A stretch of DNA of 32,000 bases from Zygophlyctis sp. KS116 (Eukaryota; Fungi; Chytridiomycota), in assembly GCA_054661495.1 (NCBI GenBank), contig BAAFSQ010000047.1:22484-54483 (forward strand), written 5' to 3'. Under the pieces are notes generated by a model. It had not been told where the DNA came from. It saw only the letters and a program-made list of their open reading frames with translations, and did not search any database. Made by a program: the position numbers and the translations under genes. Below are positions 10,300-21,615 of this stretch, one piece after another. The first letter of the stretch is position 1, and each line of letters begins with the position of its first letter.

Positions 10300-12072
10300 A
10301 TGATTTTAACTGATTCTGATGCTCTAGCACTCAAAAAGAGACTTATTTCTAAACTAGAACCAATGTATGACTTAAATTCTTATATTAGATGTGATGCAGA
10401 GCCTTCAGTACTGGCGGATTATGTTATTGCTCTTTTAAAGCATGATAAAGAAGATCAGGAATTAATAGATCTTTGTGCTTCACAATTACAAGATTTCTTA
10501 AAGGATCATACAAGTGATTTTTTAAAGGATCTATTTAATTTCCTGAATAAAAATAAGGATGTTCACTATCAGAGGAATGATCAGCATTCAAGGGATGATA
10601 ATAAATTCTCAAAAAGAAGAAGAGAACAAAAACCTTATAAAAGAGGGGTTTGTAGAGATTATACTGGTATATTTTAGGTTTTAATTATGTAGAAAAGGGA
10701 AGGTGTGATCGAGAAAGATGTAGGTATGAGCATGTGGACAAGAAAGAAAAGAGTTTAAGAGGGCAAGAGGAGGATGGATATGATCCGGAAGATCCAGGGT
10801 ATGTAGCTGATAAATCAAAAGCCCAATTTAGAGGTGGAAAAGGTCAACGGCAATCTGGACCTTTTAGACTAAAGAAAGATACATTAGTTGTGGAAAGAAT
10901 TCCTCAAGAAAATTGCTCATTGGATAGCATTAATGAGTACTTTAAGAAATTTGGAAATATTCTTAATGTGTCTATTGATAAGAATCAATTTAAAGCTGTT
11001 ATTCAATACGAAAGAGTTTCAGATGCTCAATCCGCTCATTCATGTCCAGATTCAATTTTTGGGAATAGGTTTGTCAAGGCCTTCTTTTTAAGAGAATATG
11101 ATGAAAATGGTGTGAGATCTACAAATGGTCTAGACTCTCAAAATGGAGCTGTACCTCTAGGAGCTCCTTATATGCAGAATATAGAGCCTTTGAAAGCCCC
11201 ACAACAGGTCTTTTATGAAAAAGGGAAACAATTAATAGAATTGCAGAAAAATCAAGAAGCTATTATTTCACAACAAATAGAGGCATCAAGAATGTTGATG
11301 TCACAATTAGCATCGCCTAATATTTCTTCAAATGAGAAAAAAGTGCTCATGGAACAATTAAAGGTTCTTCAAGGGTCTACCCAATCATTGGTGGAGAAGG
11401 CATCTGAGCATACACGAATGCTCAAACTACAAACTTCTTCAAGCCAAGAAGATTTGGAGAGACAACGATTAGATCGTGAATTGGACGTATTAAATCAAAT
11501 GGCTGCAGCTTCTGATGAGGCAACAGATCAAGTTGATCCAGCATTAAAATCTAAACTAGAGGCATTAAAAGCTGAAGCAAATGCACTAGGAATACCGGGA
11601 TATTCATCTCGAGGCAGAGGAAGAGGAGGTAAATTTCCTCGTGGAGGTCGTGGGGCACGCTCTCTGCGTTTGGATAACAGATCAAGAAAATTAATTGTGA
11701 CTGGAAATTCTGATATATTTTTAAATGCGTTGAACGAGCATTGTCAGGTATGAATTTATCATTTCCTAACTTGAAGTCACTGGCTGGTATCGAGAGCATT
11801 ACTCCTCAAAATGACAAATCCGCTATTATTTCGTTTTTCTCTCGCTTTGAAGCTGAAGCGGTATGTTTTAATTAAATTTATATTATCAGGCAGTTGTAAA
11901 GCCCATCAAAGTTGAAGGTTTAGAGGGTGTTACCGTGCAGTGGGTCCCCAGTGATATTTCATCTAATCCACCTTCGGCGATTCCTATTTCGGCCAATCCA
12001 GAAACTGTAAACTCTTCTAACCAGAATTGGGAGGAAGAAGAAGATGGAGATGTTTCATGGAAGAGACGATGA
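10300..12072 (+). CDS. RBM26: RBM26/RBM27-like RNA-binding protein (PWI, CCCH, RRM; 4 introns)
   Basis: LEPICDAEPSVLADYVIALLKHDK (PWI), CRDY.EKG.C...CRYEH (CCCH), TLVVERIP...FGNRFVK (RRM), RGG stretch, LDNRS and a second RRM-like segment. Confidence 0.88.
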
Positions 12073-12156
12073 TAAAAGTATATAATAATATAGTCAATCT
12101 TTTTTGATCCAAATTTCTAGTGTTTAATCTTGAGAGTTTTAGATTTTTAAATTAGT

Positions 12157-13150
12157 TTATTGAGTAGCTTGAGTATCTTGAGCAATTTAAAATAAATTAC
12201 TTTTTCTACTACTGCTCTCAATCATATCGAGATCATCAGCTCCGGCAATCTCAATTCTTAGACGTCCAGCCTCTGATAGTATTTGATCCATATCTAATGG
12301 AGGAATTTTCAAGACTGCACCTCTTATATCTGACTCATCCAAGTCTTCAAGTACATCCTTGAAACAAAGTAAGATTGCTAAACAAGAGTATACGTGTAAT
12401 TCTAATCCTAAAGGATGAGTAAGATATACGTCCCAGAGCCGAAGTACACCTAATAATTAAAATTCAAAAATTACAATCAACTGGCAATTCTTTTGCCAAT
12501 AGACAAGAAAACCAAGATTTAGAAAAATCTTTTATATCAACCTCTTCTTCTTCAAAATGCTTAAATAGATCTGGCATGATTGCCTTGAAAAGCATCATGA
12601 AATTTGAAATCCTTTCTGACACTGATGAGACTGAAATATACTCATCTTAAATTAAAATTTTAAGATTACCATAAAGTCCCATCATCTTTTCAAAAGCATG
12701 GTAGATGTCAGATTCCTTTTTAAAAATAAGAACCAGAGGACAACAAATGTAAATTAAGGATGGCGAATATTCCTTGTCACTATGAGCATAAAAATAAGCT
12801 GATGCAATATTTTCTAGCATGCTCACAGTCTCTAAAGGGAACAAGTTTGATCTTGAAGAATATAAACGTCCAACTTCTCCTCTGATCCTCTTGATCATAT
12901 CATGATTTTTCCCTTTTCTAGCCTGGGAGTAATATTCTTGATCGCTTTCTGGATCTATTACTATTATATTAAAGCGAATAATACAACCTTTTTGAATTCC
13001 CAAAAGCAATCTATAAATATCTTCCCTGATCTAAGATTAAAATGCAAATAGTACAGAATCTGGAATACCAAATGAAGATGCCCGACAAATCCTGTCTTTA
13101 TCAACAAAGTCTCCATCCAGAATTTCCAGAAATTCCTCGGGTACGTCCAT
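12157..13150 (-). CDS. Small Rab-GAP TBC-domain protein (about 5 introns)
   Basis: GIPDS|IREDIYRLLLG, MPDLFKHFEEEEV, SWFSCLLAKELPVD|CVLRLWDVYL. The 3' end depends on the last predicted intron. Confidence 0.82.
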
Positions 13151-13237
13151 ATAGATCTTTTTCAGATTGCAACCCAAACAAGTGGCGTCGGTCTTTCAGC
13201 TGGAACAGGAGTCTGGAACAGCAAGATTTGTGATTTC

Positions 13238-13693
13238 ATGAATTTAAACAGACTTTCTGTCACTAAATATGCTGGAATCTCTCCTTCAGGACTCTCTCTA
13301 GATGAATATTCTATTGGACTTGTTGAATTGAGTATTTTACACATGATTGATCAACTCATTTACTCAAAAACAAAATGGCTCATGGGAAGAGATTTATTAA
13401 AATTAAGTGATTGCGGATTTGGACAAGAGTTTGATCTCTTGATTGAATCAGATGCAAATTCTAATCACATTATAAAGGTTTTTGAGTCTGATCTAGTTTC
13501 TCATAGTTTAGAAAAAACACATTTACAATTATTAACTAATTCATGCACTTTATTATGGCTATTAAGAAAAAATGGATATATTCCTCTAGTTTCCCAGTAT
13601 CTAGTAAATAATCTATTAGACTGGAAAATCTTTCCATTCTTCAAGATTCGCGCAAATTTGCTTGAAAAGTTTAAAAAGCTTAAATCTCAATGA
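13238..13693 (+). CDS. Hypothetical protein, 151 aa
   Basis: ATG-initiated 456-nt stop-free ORF in AT-rich DNA that fills the gap between two genes. No family recognised. Confidence 0.5.
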   Translation: MNLNRLSVTKYAGISPSGLSLDEYSIGLVELSILHMIDQLIYSKTKWLMGRDLLKLSDCGFGQEFDLLIESDANSNHIIKVFESDLVSHSLEKTHLQLLTNSCTLLWLLRKNGYIPLVSQYLVNNLLDWKIFPFFKIRANLLEKFKKLKSQ

Positions 13694-14147
13694 TTAGACT
13701 CTATTCTAGATCTTTATCTACTCTTAAATACCATAAAATTGCAGATCATACTCTAGAATCCATGGTTGAGAGATTAGATATATTGGGAGATTCATTAAAT
13801 TTACCATTATATGATGTAGAATACAGTGTATTTTTATAAAATTAATAAAAAGTCTGGAGTTTTGACTCTAAAATTAGGAGATCATGGAACTTTTGGTATT
13901 TTTTCAATTTAATAATTTCTAGTTTTTAATAAACAGCCTCCAAACCTACAAATATGGTCATCATCTCCCTTGAGTGGACCAAAGAGATATGACTGGATAG
14001 ATAATGAATGGAGGTATAAAAAAGAACCATTAATATCTTTACAAAAAGTAATTTTATTATTTTAAAAAATAGTCTTTATCAAGTGAACTGTCATTACTAT
14101 TAAAAAGGGATGTAGACATTTGCATTGATCACTCTGGAGTAATTTAG
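13690..14147 (+). CDS. YFH1: Frataxin (3 introns)
   Basis: Spliced: [10 protein letters not shown]...DVEYS|[14 protein letters not shown]|[25 protein letters not shown]. Missed by the ORF track. Confidence 0.95.
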
Positions 14148-14251
14148 GTTTACTATCAAGGGCAAAAGACCCAGAAAGTGCAAGTTTTAGTTTAACAACT
14201 TAAGTGGCTTGATCCCGTTAGGCTGAGGAAAGATTCTAAAAAAAATCTGAG

Positions 14252-14780
14252 ATGGCAGAGGAAGAACATCATGAGACTTTTGAGAGTGTTGGATCTGGAG
14301 CATCATTGACTTTTCCATTACAAGTAATTATCATACATCTAAATCTAGTGTTCTGCATTGAGAAAGAATGGACATGTCGTGATCAAGGGTCGTCCATGCA
14401 AGATTGTAGATATGTCTACATCAAAGACTGGAAAGCATGGACATGCTAAAGTACACTTGGTGGCTGTTGATATTTTCACTAATAAAAAAATGGAAGACTT
14501 GTCACCTTCTACTCACAATATGGACGTACCAAATATTGTACGAAATGAATTTCCACTCTTGGATATTGATGAAGGATTCATGTCTCTCATGAATAATGAT
14601 GGATCTACAAAGGATGATGTTCAAGTTCCTGATAATGAATTGGGTGAAAAGATTCAGGAAGAATTTGATGCAGGAAAGGATTTATTGATCACCGTTGTTG
14701 CTGCTATGGGTGAAGAACATGCTTTGGCATACAAGGAAGCCCCTAAATGTAGGATTTTTTTTAATTTAATTTAATTAGAA
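14252..14780 (+). CDS. HYP2: Translation factor eIF5A (2 introns)
   Basis: TFPLQ|CSALRKNG and the hypusine motif [12 protein letters not shown]. The stop codon T|AA is split by intron 14749-14778. Confidence 0.97.
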
Positions 14781-14837
14781 ACACACAATCTCTAGAAGCA
14801 AAATGGATTAAAATTGATGAAAAATAATAATGATATT

Positions 14838-16668
14838 TCAGTTATTAAACAAGTCGGATTCTTTGATGAGTTTTAATCTGGAATTTTCAAGTATTAGACA
14901 ATCTGAGGAATGATTATGAAGTAGACTCCAAACATATGGAAGGAAAAATGCTGCGTATTCTTCCTCTTCTTGATATTCAAATTTTGGACCAGAGAAATTC
15001 TATTCATTAAATTAGTCTAATTACAGTCAGTTTTTTAGGATCCCAGGTTGATAATGTCTCCTTGATTATTAATAAAACTTTATCAGGAGTTAATTCACCT
15101 TGATCAACCTTTATAATTCTTGATTGGAAATGTGTAAAAATGAGATCTAGATTTTCAATCAAGTCCGAATATTGAACTTCTAAGCGAAATTTCTTAAATA
15201 GTTCTTGGCGTTGTAATAGAGAATATAGAAAATGAGGATTATCAGAGAGATTATTCGTGATTATAGAATTAATAATTTCAAACATGAGAGATAAAATATC
15301 ACATAATATCCCAGATTTATCTCGAATTGAATCTAAAGTAACCGTCTAATTTTTTAAGTATAAAACATATTTACAGACTCGGATGCTGATAAATTCCCTT
15401 CACTTTTAAATTTCCAATATTTCTTTGATATGGATTCGAATAGACTAGAATTAAATATTAGAAATTTACTTTATGAATTTCAAAGCCACTGATGGAGACA
15501 TATTTTTAATCTTGAAAGACATATTCCCTAAAATTGCTAAACTGTTTGTATGAATGTATGCATCTCTGTGTCTTGAAAGGTTTGACTGTATAACTTTAAT
15601 TAAAACTAGTATCATCAATCCTCCTAATGATACTGAGGACTGAATTCTGTCTTGATACCAATCAGGAACATAAATTTCCTAAATTCAAATAATGAACCTT
15701 ACAATTTCATGAATTTTTTCTAAAAAGAGTGATTCTTGAGATAATACAAGTAATAATGAAAGTAAAATGTACAATTGAGAGTAGTTGACTTGATCTACAA
15801 CAGAATTATATACCACTCCAAGAATTGACACGAGTAAAATATTATAATCAGACTCTTGAACAGCAAATACCTTGAATTCTTCATTTTTAAGAATAAGAGT
15901 GTATAGTAAGAGTGTTATTTCATCTTTTTTGATGTATCGTAGAATTGTATCTAATAGAGCCTTGAAAGAAATCCTAACAAGACCAACTTCCTTCAAATCT
16001 GAATTAATATCAACCAATGAACATAGCGCTTGACGATAATTATTAATAAATTCGCTAGGATTTTGATTAATAAGCAATAATAGCAGCATAATACTTTTAT
16101 CAGACATGATAGATTCCTCTTCTGATTTGAAAAAGTACGAATAGACATTCAACATTGACAATGAAGAAGGAATAGATTGCTGATTTAAGAAATTCGACAA
16201 TAGTCTTGCAACAATCCTTTTTGAAAAATCTTGTTCTACTTCCAATGCCAATTTAATAAATATCGTTTCTTTTAAATGCAATTGACCAGAGAATAACACT
16301 ATTAGTAAGTGTATAACTTCAATATAAAATATATATCCATTCTCTGTCAAAGTATCAGCGACTGAAATTATTTTCAGCAATTCCAATATTATTTGTTCTG
16401 ATTTAAGTCCTGCAGAGTCTTGTCCAGTCTTTTCAAAACATTCATGGATTTTAGAGATATTGTGACTTTCCATCCATCGTTTACATAATATTCTGACTAG
16501 TAATAATACATTTAGTTCCTTTTTAGTGATGATTCCTCGAGTTTTAAGAGATTCATTGAGTTTTCCAATCAATTCAGAGCTCAGACTCTCAATAGTTTCA
16601 ATATTATCTCTAATATTAGTCTACAACACTCACATTTTCAATGGACTTGCACTCAGTAATTCATCCAT
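14838..16668 (-). CDS. DYM: Dymeclin (5 introns)
   Basis: Helical Leu-rich protein with SLGGLMILVLIK, RHRDAYIHTNSLAILGNMS, NPHFLYSLLQRQELF and C-terminal KFEYQEEE..AFFLPYVWSL. Confidence 0.87.
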
Positions 16669-16677
16669 AAGCCTTAA

Positions 16678-18842
16678 TTAAGCAAAAGAAAGTGCTCTTA
16701 TTAAATTTAAAACTTGATATACAGTCTCCGATTGTAAAGCAGAAGACTGAATTGTTACTGTGCTATCAATATCTTGCTTGAGAGCATGATAGACAGATGA
16801 TCGTATCTATTGTTAAATAAATTGAAAGTACACTAGAGTTTTTATCAGAGTTTGCTTGAAAAAGAGTTTCAGGAGTAATCGGAGTAGTTGAAATTGGATA
16901 TGCATACTGCATCATATCTTCCCCAACAGGAAATTCAACATCATACATTATGTTTTTCCATGACTCCTAGGATAATTAGAAATTTGGAAATTACAGGATC
17001 AGAGTTTATAGGCCTAAATTGGAAAACACACTTGTTGGATTGTACAGTCCGATTATAAGAACTACTTTTAAAGTAAAAGTTTGAAAATAATTGGGATATT
17101 CCACGGTGACAACCGTCTTCGGCCTTGGGATTCTTGATTATCCACTCTCCAATTTCAACACCTTTGAGTTTTTTAGGAGCAATAAAGTTGTAGCCAAACT
17201 GAGAAAGACGCTATATTTTTAAAAGAATAAAGAATATACCTTGAATAAGAAAATAGGAGGTAGAAAGGCTGATCCTGATGGATCTTGGATTTGTGGTAAA
17301 TTAGGACTGATTAAACGACATTTTCCATCAATGATTTCAATTGATATTTGGGAAAAAAGTCCTTTTATAGACAGTATAGCTTTATCTGTTCCATACGGAG
17401 ATAATGTCCATTCTTGTAAAGGGAATTCACCAAATGAATTCTATAGACTTTTAAATCCTTTCAAAATACCTGAACAAGTGCAGTTGGTGCAAAATGAAGA
17501 GATCTAAATCTAACTTTTCCAGTTTCAGGATCAAAATCAGTCTCTGTTATATTTTCATCATCCCAAATCTTTTTTACAGAATTCCAAGTCATGACTTTTG
17601 CAGATTTTTGATTTACAATTGATCCTTTGGGTAGATCATAATTTATAGCCATGGTCCAAGAAAACATATCAGTAGGTTGAATTTCTAAATTTTTTTCGTC
17701 TGTATTAGTTTCTGCTGAATTTTTAAATGGATATTGAATTTTTTTAATATTATTTTCTGGAGATAATACTATAATTTTAGAAAATTAGAATACTTACTTG
17801 GTCTGATAACCCACTTTTCCACATTTTTTGCCAGCTCTGGAAGTTCTAACAAGTCTAAATGTAAAACTCCTCCTACAACAGACATGTATTGTTCAGTTTC
17901 TTGCTCTTCAAAAATTGATGTTGCATTTGCACTATCATCTAGTATAACACGAACTGCCACATTTAATAGAGAAAAATGTTTTGGAATAGATATAGAAATT
18001 TGAGAATCTGTTAATTCAATTGATTTATATCTAGGATTTTTAGTTAAATTTCCCCAAATTCCAAAAACTTTTGTTTGACTACTTTTGTAAAGTAAGAAAT
18101 TTTCATTTGCAACTACATTAAATTTCTCCATATTCTAAGTCTTTTTTAGTAATTTTAAAATACTTGTAATATAATTGCAGTAATCTTATCACATTTCTTT
18201 GCCAAAATCTCCCCAGTCCTCTTAATCAAATCTGAATACTTTGTCTCCAAATCTTTTTGAAAGCATTTTTCATACTCTAATTTCAACATCAACTTGTAAT
18301 AAACACCAAATATTAAATTACAGCCTCTGCATTTGGAAATTCTTTAAAAATACAATCTAGATCAGGAGCATCTTTGGGAAAATTTAAACCTTCTTCTTCC
18401 CAATTTTGTAGATAACTTGATACATCTTTTTCTATTTTTGGATTTGGAAGAAAAGGACACTCTAACCATGTCGCCCACTACCTTTAATTAAATCATTCTT
18501 ACTTGAATATCCTTGTAAATATTATCCAATGCAATCGCCAACTCTGTAGACTTTGAGTCTATAAGAGCCTTAAACTCTTGAGACTCATTAACAAGTCTAT
18601 TAAATTCCTAATAATTATTTAGTGAAAAGTACGTTTTTTATCAATGCATTAATCGCCTCCTTATTCTTTAGAATCTCTACTTCCCTTTCTTTTTCTGCCT
18701 TCTCTTTAGCTATCCTTTCCTCTAGTAATTTAAAATTGTAAAATTACCTTCCAACGCCTGAAGCCTTTCTGCTTCTAATTTTTCTAAATATTAATGTAAT
18801 CATCCAACCTTTTTCCAAGTCTTTCTTTGACTTTTTAGGCAT
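16678..18842 (-). CDS. DNAI7: Axonemal dynein intermediate chain 7 / CASC1 (IC97-like; about 10 introns)
   Basis: MPKKSKK, EK-rich coil, W..WLEC..LPNP..EKDVSSYLQNW, FGIWGNLTKNPR, VVGGVLHLDLLELP. Confidence 0.8.
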
Positions 18843-18964
18843 TTCTATCTCTTGTCACGAACTCGGAAGATTACAATTGAGATTGAGCCATCGCTCTTTG
18901 TATATTGATTGCCTTAAAAGAATAATTAAGTAGAATAATTAAGCATAGCGGCGTCACAAAAATT

Positions 18965-19384
18965 ATGCAACAACCTAAAGATTCTGTCCTTCGGGTCTAT
19001 GATTTCCCTCCTTCTTTTAGAGAAGACGATTTAATACAATCCATCAAAGACTTGGAATTTTTAGATTTTAGATTTTCTTGGATAAATGACACTGAAACTC
19101 TTTTAGTTTTTAGTAATTGTACAGATGCAAAGAATATCTATTTGAAAAATATATCAAATGCTAATCTGAAAATACAAGTTTATAATCAGATTGAAGAAAT
19201 TTCTAATGAACCAAGGCCAGTCAAGACTGATGTAGTAGCAAGGAGAATGGTTGCAGGAGCATTAGGACTAAAATTCAAGGATAAAGACTGTCCTAAATTG
19301 GATAAAGCAATCAAGGAGAAGCAAGATTTACAAGATTCACAAGAAAAAAAACAACAAGATTTAAATACAGCATGGGACGAGTAA
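18965..19384 (+). CDS. R3HCC1/R3HCC1L-like protein (RRM-like domain plus coiled tail)
   Basis: VLRVYDFP..F..DDL, W+NDT..L.VF, RPVKTDVVARRMVAGALG, terminal AWDE. Confidence 0.75.
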   Translation: MQQPKDSVLRVYDFPPSFREDDLIQSIKDLEFLDFRFSWINDTETLLVFSNCTDAKNIYLKNISNANLKIQVYNQIEEISNEPRPVKTDVVARRMVAGALGLKFKDKDCPKLDKAIKEKQDLQDSQEKKQQDLNTAWDE

Positions 19385-19727
19385 TACAAGAATGATATTA
19401 ATTTTTAAAAATTTAGAATGGCTTTTAACTTCAGATAGGCTATTGTAGACAGATGGATCATTGTCTAAAAGTTGAGAGATTTTAGGTGAAAGGGCAAAGT
19501 TCTCTTTGAGACAAATTTTTCTGCACCGATAAGATTGAAAAAAATTTATCTGTTTTAAATTGATTTAATGTGTGTTTTAGAAAATGTACAAGCATGAATT
19601 GGTTCTTTAAAATGACTGCTTATTGATAAATTTAAAATTGTTCTATATAAAACTCTTTAAAGAATTAATAATCAATAATTCTCAGTCTCAAAGTAAAATC
19701 GCGAATTTTGATTAATCAAGAAAAAAA

Positions 19728-19964
19728 ATGTTAAAAGAAAAGTCGGCTCTAAATTCTCTCTCTGATGGACTATCAGAAACTCTTCCAAAGTATTCAAAGA
19801 AACATCCATTGGGAAAGTTTCAAAAGTACTTTATAAAGCTAATATTTAGGAATGCGGTGACATCTCCCACTGATAATTTGCTATCGCCTGCTACAGTTAA
19901 AGTTGAAGAAAAAAGAAGGCAATTGCTCTCAACGATAAAACCAACTAAATTGCAGTTTAATTAA
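19728..19964 (+). CDS. SPO12: Spo12-family small protein
   Basis: SPTDNLLSPAT motif. Probable 24-nt in-frame intron at 19826-19849. Confidence 0.7.
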   Translation: MLKEKSALNSLSDGLSETLPKYSKKHPLGKFQKYFIKLIFRNAVTSPTDNLLSPATVKVEEKRRQLLSTIKPTKLQFN

Positions 19965-19975
19965 TAAGATAATCT

Positions 19976-20910
19976 TTATTTGATCAAATTCTCTCTAATA
20001 AAGCCAGACACAAAATCAAATACTACCAATAGTATTCCACCACCAGGTCCTAATCTTAATACTTTAGGAACAAATCCCTTGTATAATGCTTTAAATCCTT
20101 CTTGGCGAGCAATCAAGGTTATTGCAGGTATTGTCCAATTATATTTAAATGGCGGTCGGACTTGAGATTGAATGCGTGTTTTAGCAACATCAAATGGAGT
20201 ATTTAAAATTGTTCCAACAGTTCCACCTATTGTTCCGGCTATAAAATTTTTAATCAAGACTCCTTGCTTTGATTCTGCATCAGGAAGAGTAGATCGCACT
20301 CCTCTAAATTTTTAAGAAAAATTGAAAATTACTGAATTACACCAAAATAACCACCATTCCAAAGTGCATGTCTCCAAATAGTAGCTTCTATTCCTTTCAT
20401 AAACCCTCCAATCCCTTCTTGTGCATAAATTTTAGAAATACAATCAGTTGTGTTCTTATACAGTCCTGCATTCGCCTTGTCTTGTAATCTAATTTTAATC
20501 AAATCGGGAGTCGCAACAATTGTAGCCTCAGTTATACCAGCAGAAACACCAGTTAAAATTGACATTCCCTGCCCATCCTTGAACCCCCAATTCTTGTATA
20601 AAACTCTGTATTGCTCATTTGCACTGAATTTTATAGCTCTTTTAGGAGCTTCGACTAAAATCGGAGGCAAGATCCCACGATAAAGAGCTCTTGGTCCTTC
20701 ATTTTTAATACTTTTTATCAGAGAAAATTCAAATTACATTTTGGTAAATGCATCGCCTATCCCAGAGTATTCAGCATTTCCTACCTGAATTTGAAATCTC
20801 GTTTTGACGACATCCAGCGGATACATTGTTAGAATCTCTGAGACACCTGCTATTGCTCCTGCGAGTAGATTATAATGCAACGGCAACGGCAACGGTTTCT
20901 CTTGGGACAT
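19976..20910 (-). CDS. SLC25A21: Mitochondrial 2-oxodicarboxylate carrier (SLC25A21 / yeast Odc1-2 type; 2 introns)
   Basis: Three carrier repeats (YPLDVVKTR, TPDLIKIR, TPFDVAKTR), EAPKRAIKF, WNGGYFG, YKGFVPKVLRLGPGGGILLVVF. Confidence 0.93.
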
Positions 20911-21091
20911 TTTAAAGTTCAAGTCTAGGTCCAGGCGCTGAATTTAAGATTTCTAGAGTTTTTAGTTTAGTTTTTTAGTGTTTATAGAATACATTTATAG
21001 AGTTTTGAGTTTTGAGAAATGAAGAAAGGATACAGATTTCCGTGAAAAAGTCTACGATTACCTTGATTCCCGATAGAATCCTTGTCCGAAA

Positions 21092-21613
21092 ATGCTGAAA
21101 ATTGAGCTTCAAGTATTCATTCTTACCCCATTCAATGTCCAAGATGATAATAATAATTCTGTTAAAGTATTAAGAGAAGTTTCAAAGACTGTGATAATTG
21201 ATTCAAGGACTACTTGTCAGGATATTATTAATGCTCTCATGGCTAAAAGGATTCCTCAAAATGTTTTGAAATATTATTCTCTTTACATAACAGTTATGAA
21301 AGAAAATGAAAGACGGTTTATCAGGAGTCTGGAACCAGCAGAACTTCCACTGATTATTTTATTACACGAAACTGGAACAATTGATTTATATATCAAGAAA
21401 AAAGCAAAATCTGAATATGTTTCTATTTATATGGACTTGAGAAGAGAATTATTAAGATCTTTTTCAAGGGAACAATTACATTCAAGATTTGAAATTGCCC
21501 AGGAAAGTACAAAGGAACAAAAAAACAATCTAATCTCAAAATACAAAAAAGAAATATCAGGCATCAGACAGAAAATGACTGAATTAGGATTTGAAACTTT
21601 ACCAGGAATGTAA
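21092..21613 (+). CDS. Ras-association (RA) domain plus SARAH-like coil protein (RASSF-like)
   Basis: KTVIIDSRTTCQDIINAL...YSLY...R.LEPAELPL fits the RA pattern. The C-terminal LRSFSREQL..RF...EQ...LISKY......IRQKM fits the SARAH pattern. Confidence 0.6.
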   Translation: MLKIELQVFILTPFNVQDDNNNSVKVLREVSKTVIIDSRTTCQDIINALMAKRIPQNVLKYYSLYITVMKENERRFIRSLEPAELPLIILLHETGTIDLYIKKKAKSEYVSIYMDLRRELLRSFSREQLHSRFEIAQESTKEQKNNLISKYKKEISGIRQKMTELGFETLPGM

Positions 21614-21615
21614 CT

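Noticed and set aside
1105-20910. Polyamine gene cluster (ODC, eIF5A and the 'ODC' carrier)
   Set aside because: ODC and eIF5A are 12 kb apart with unrelated genes between them, and the carrier only shares an abbreviation.
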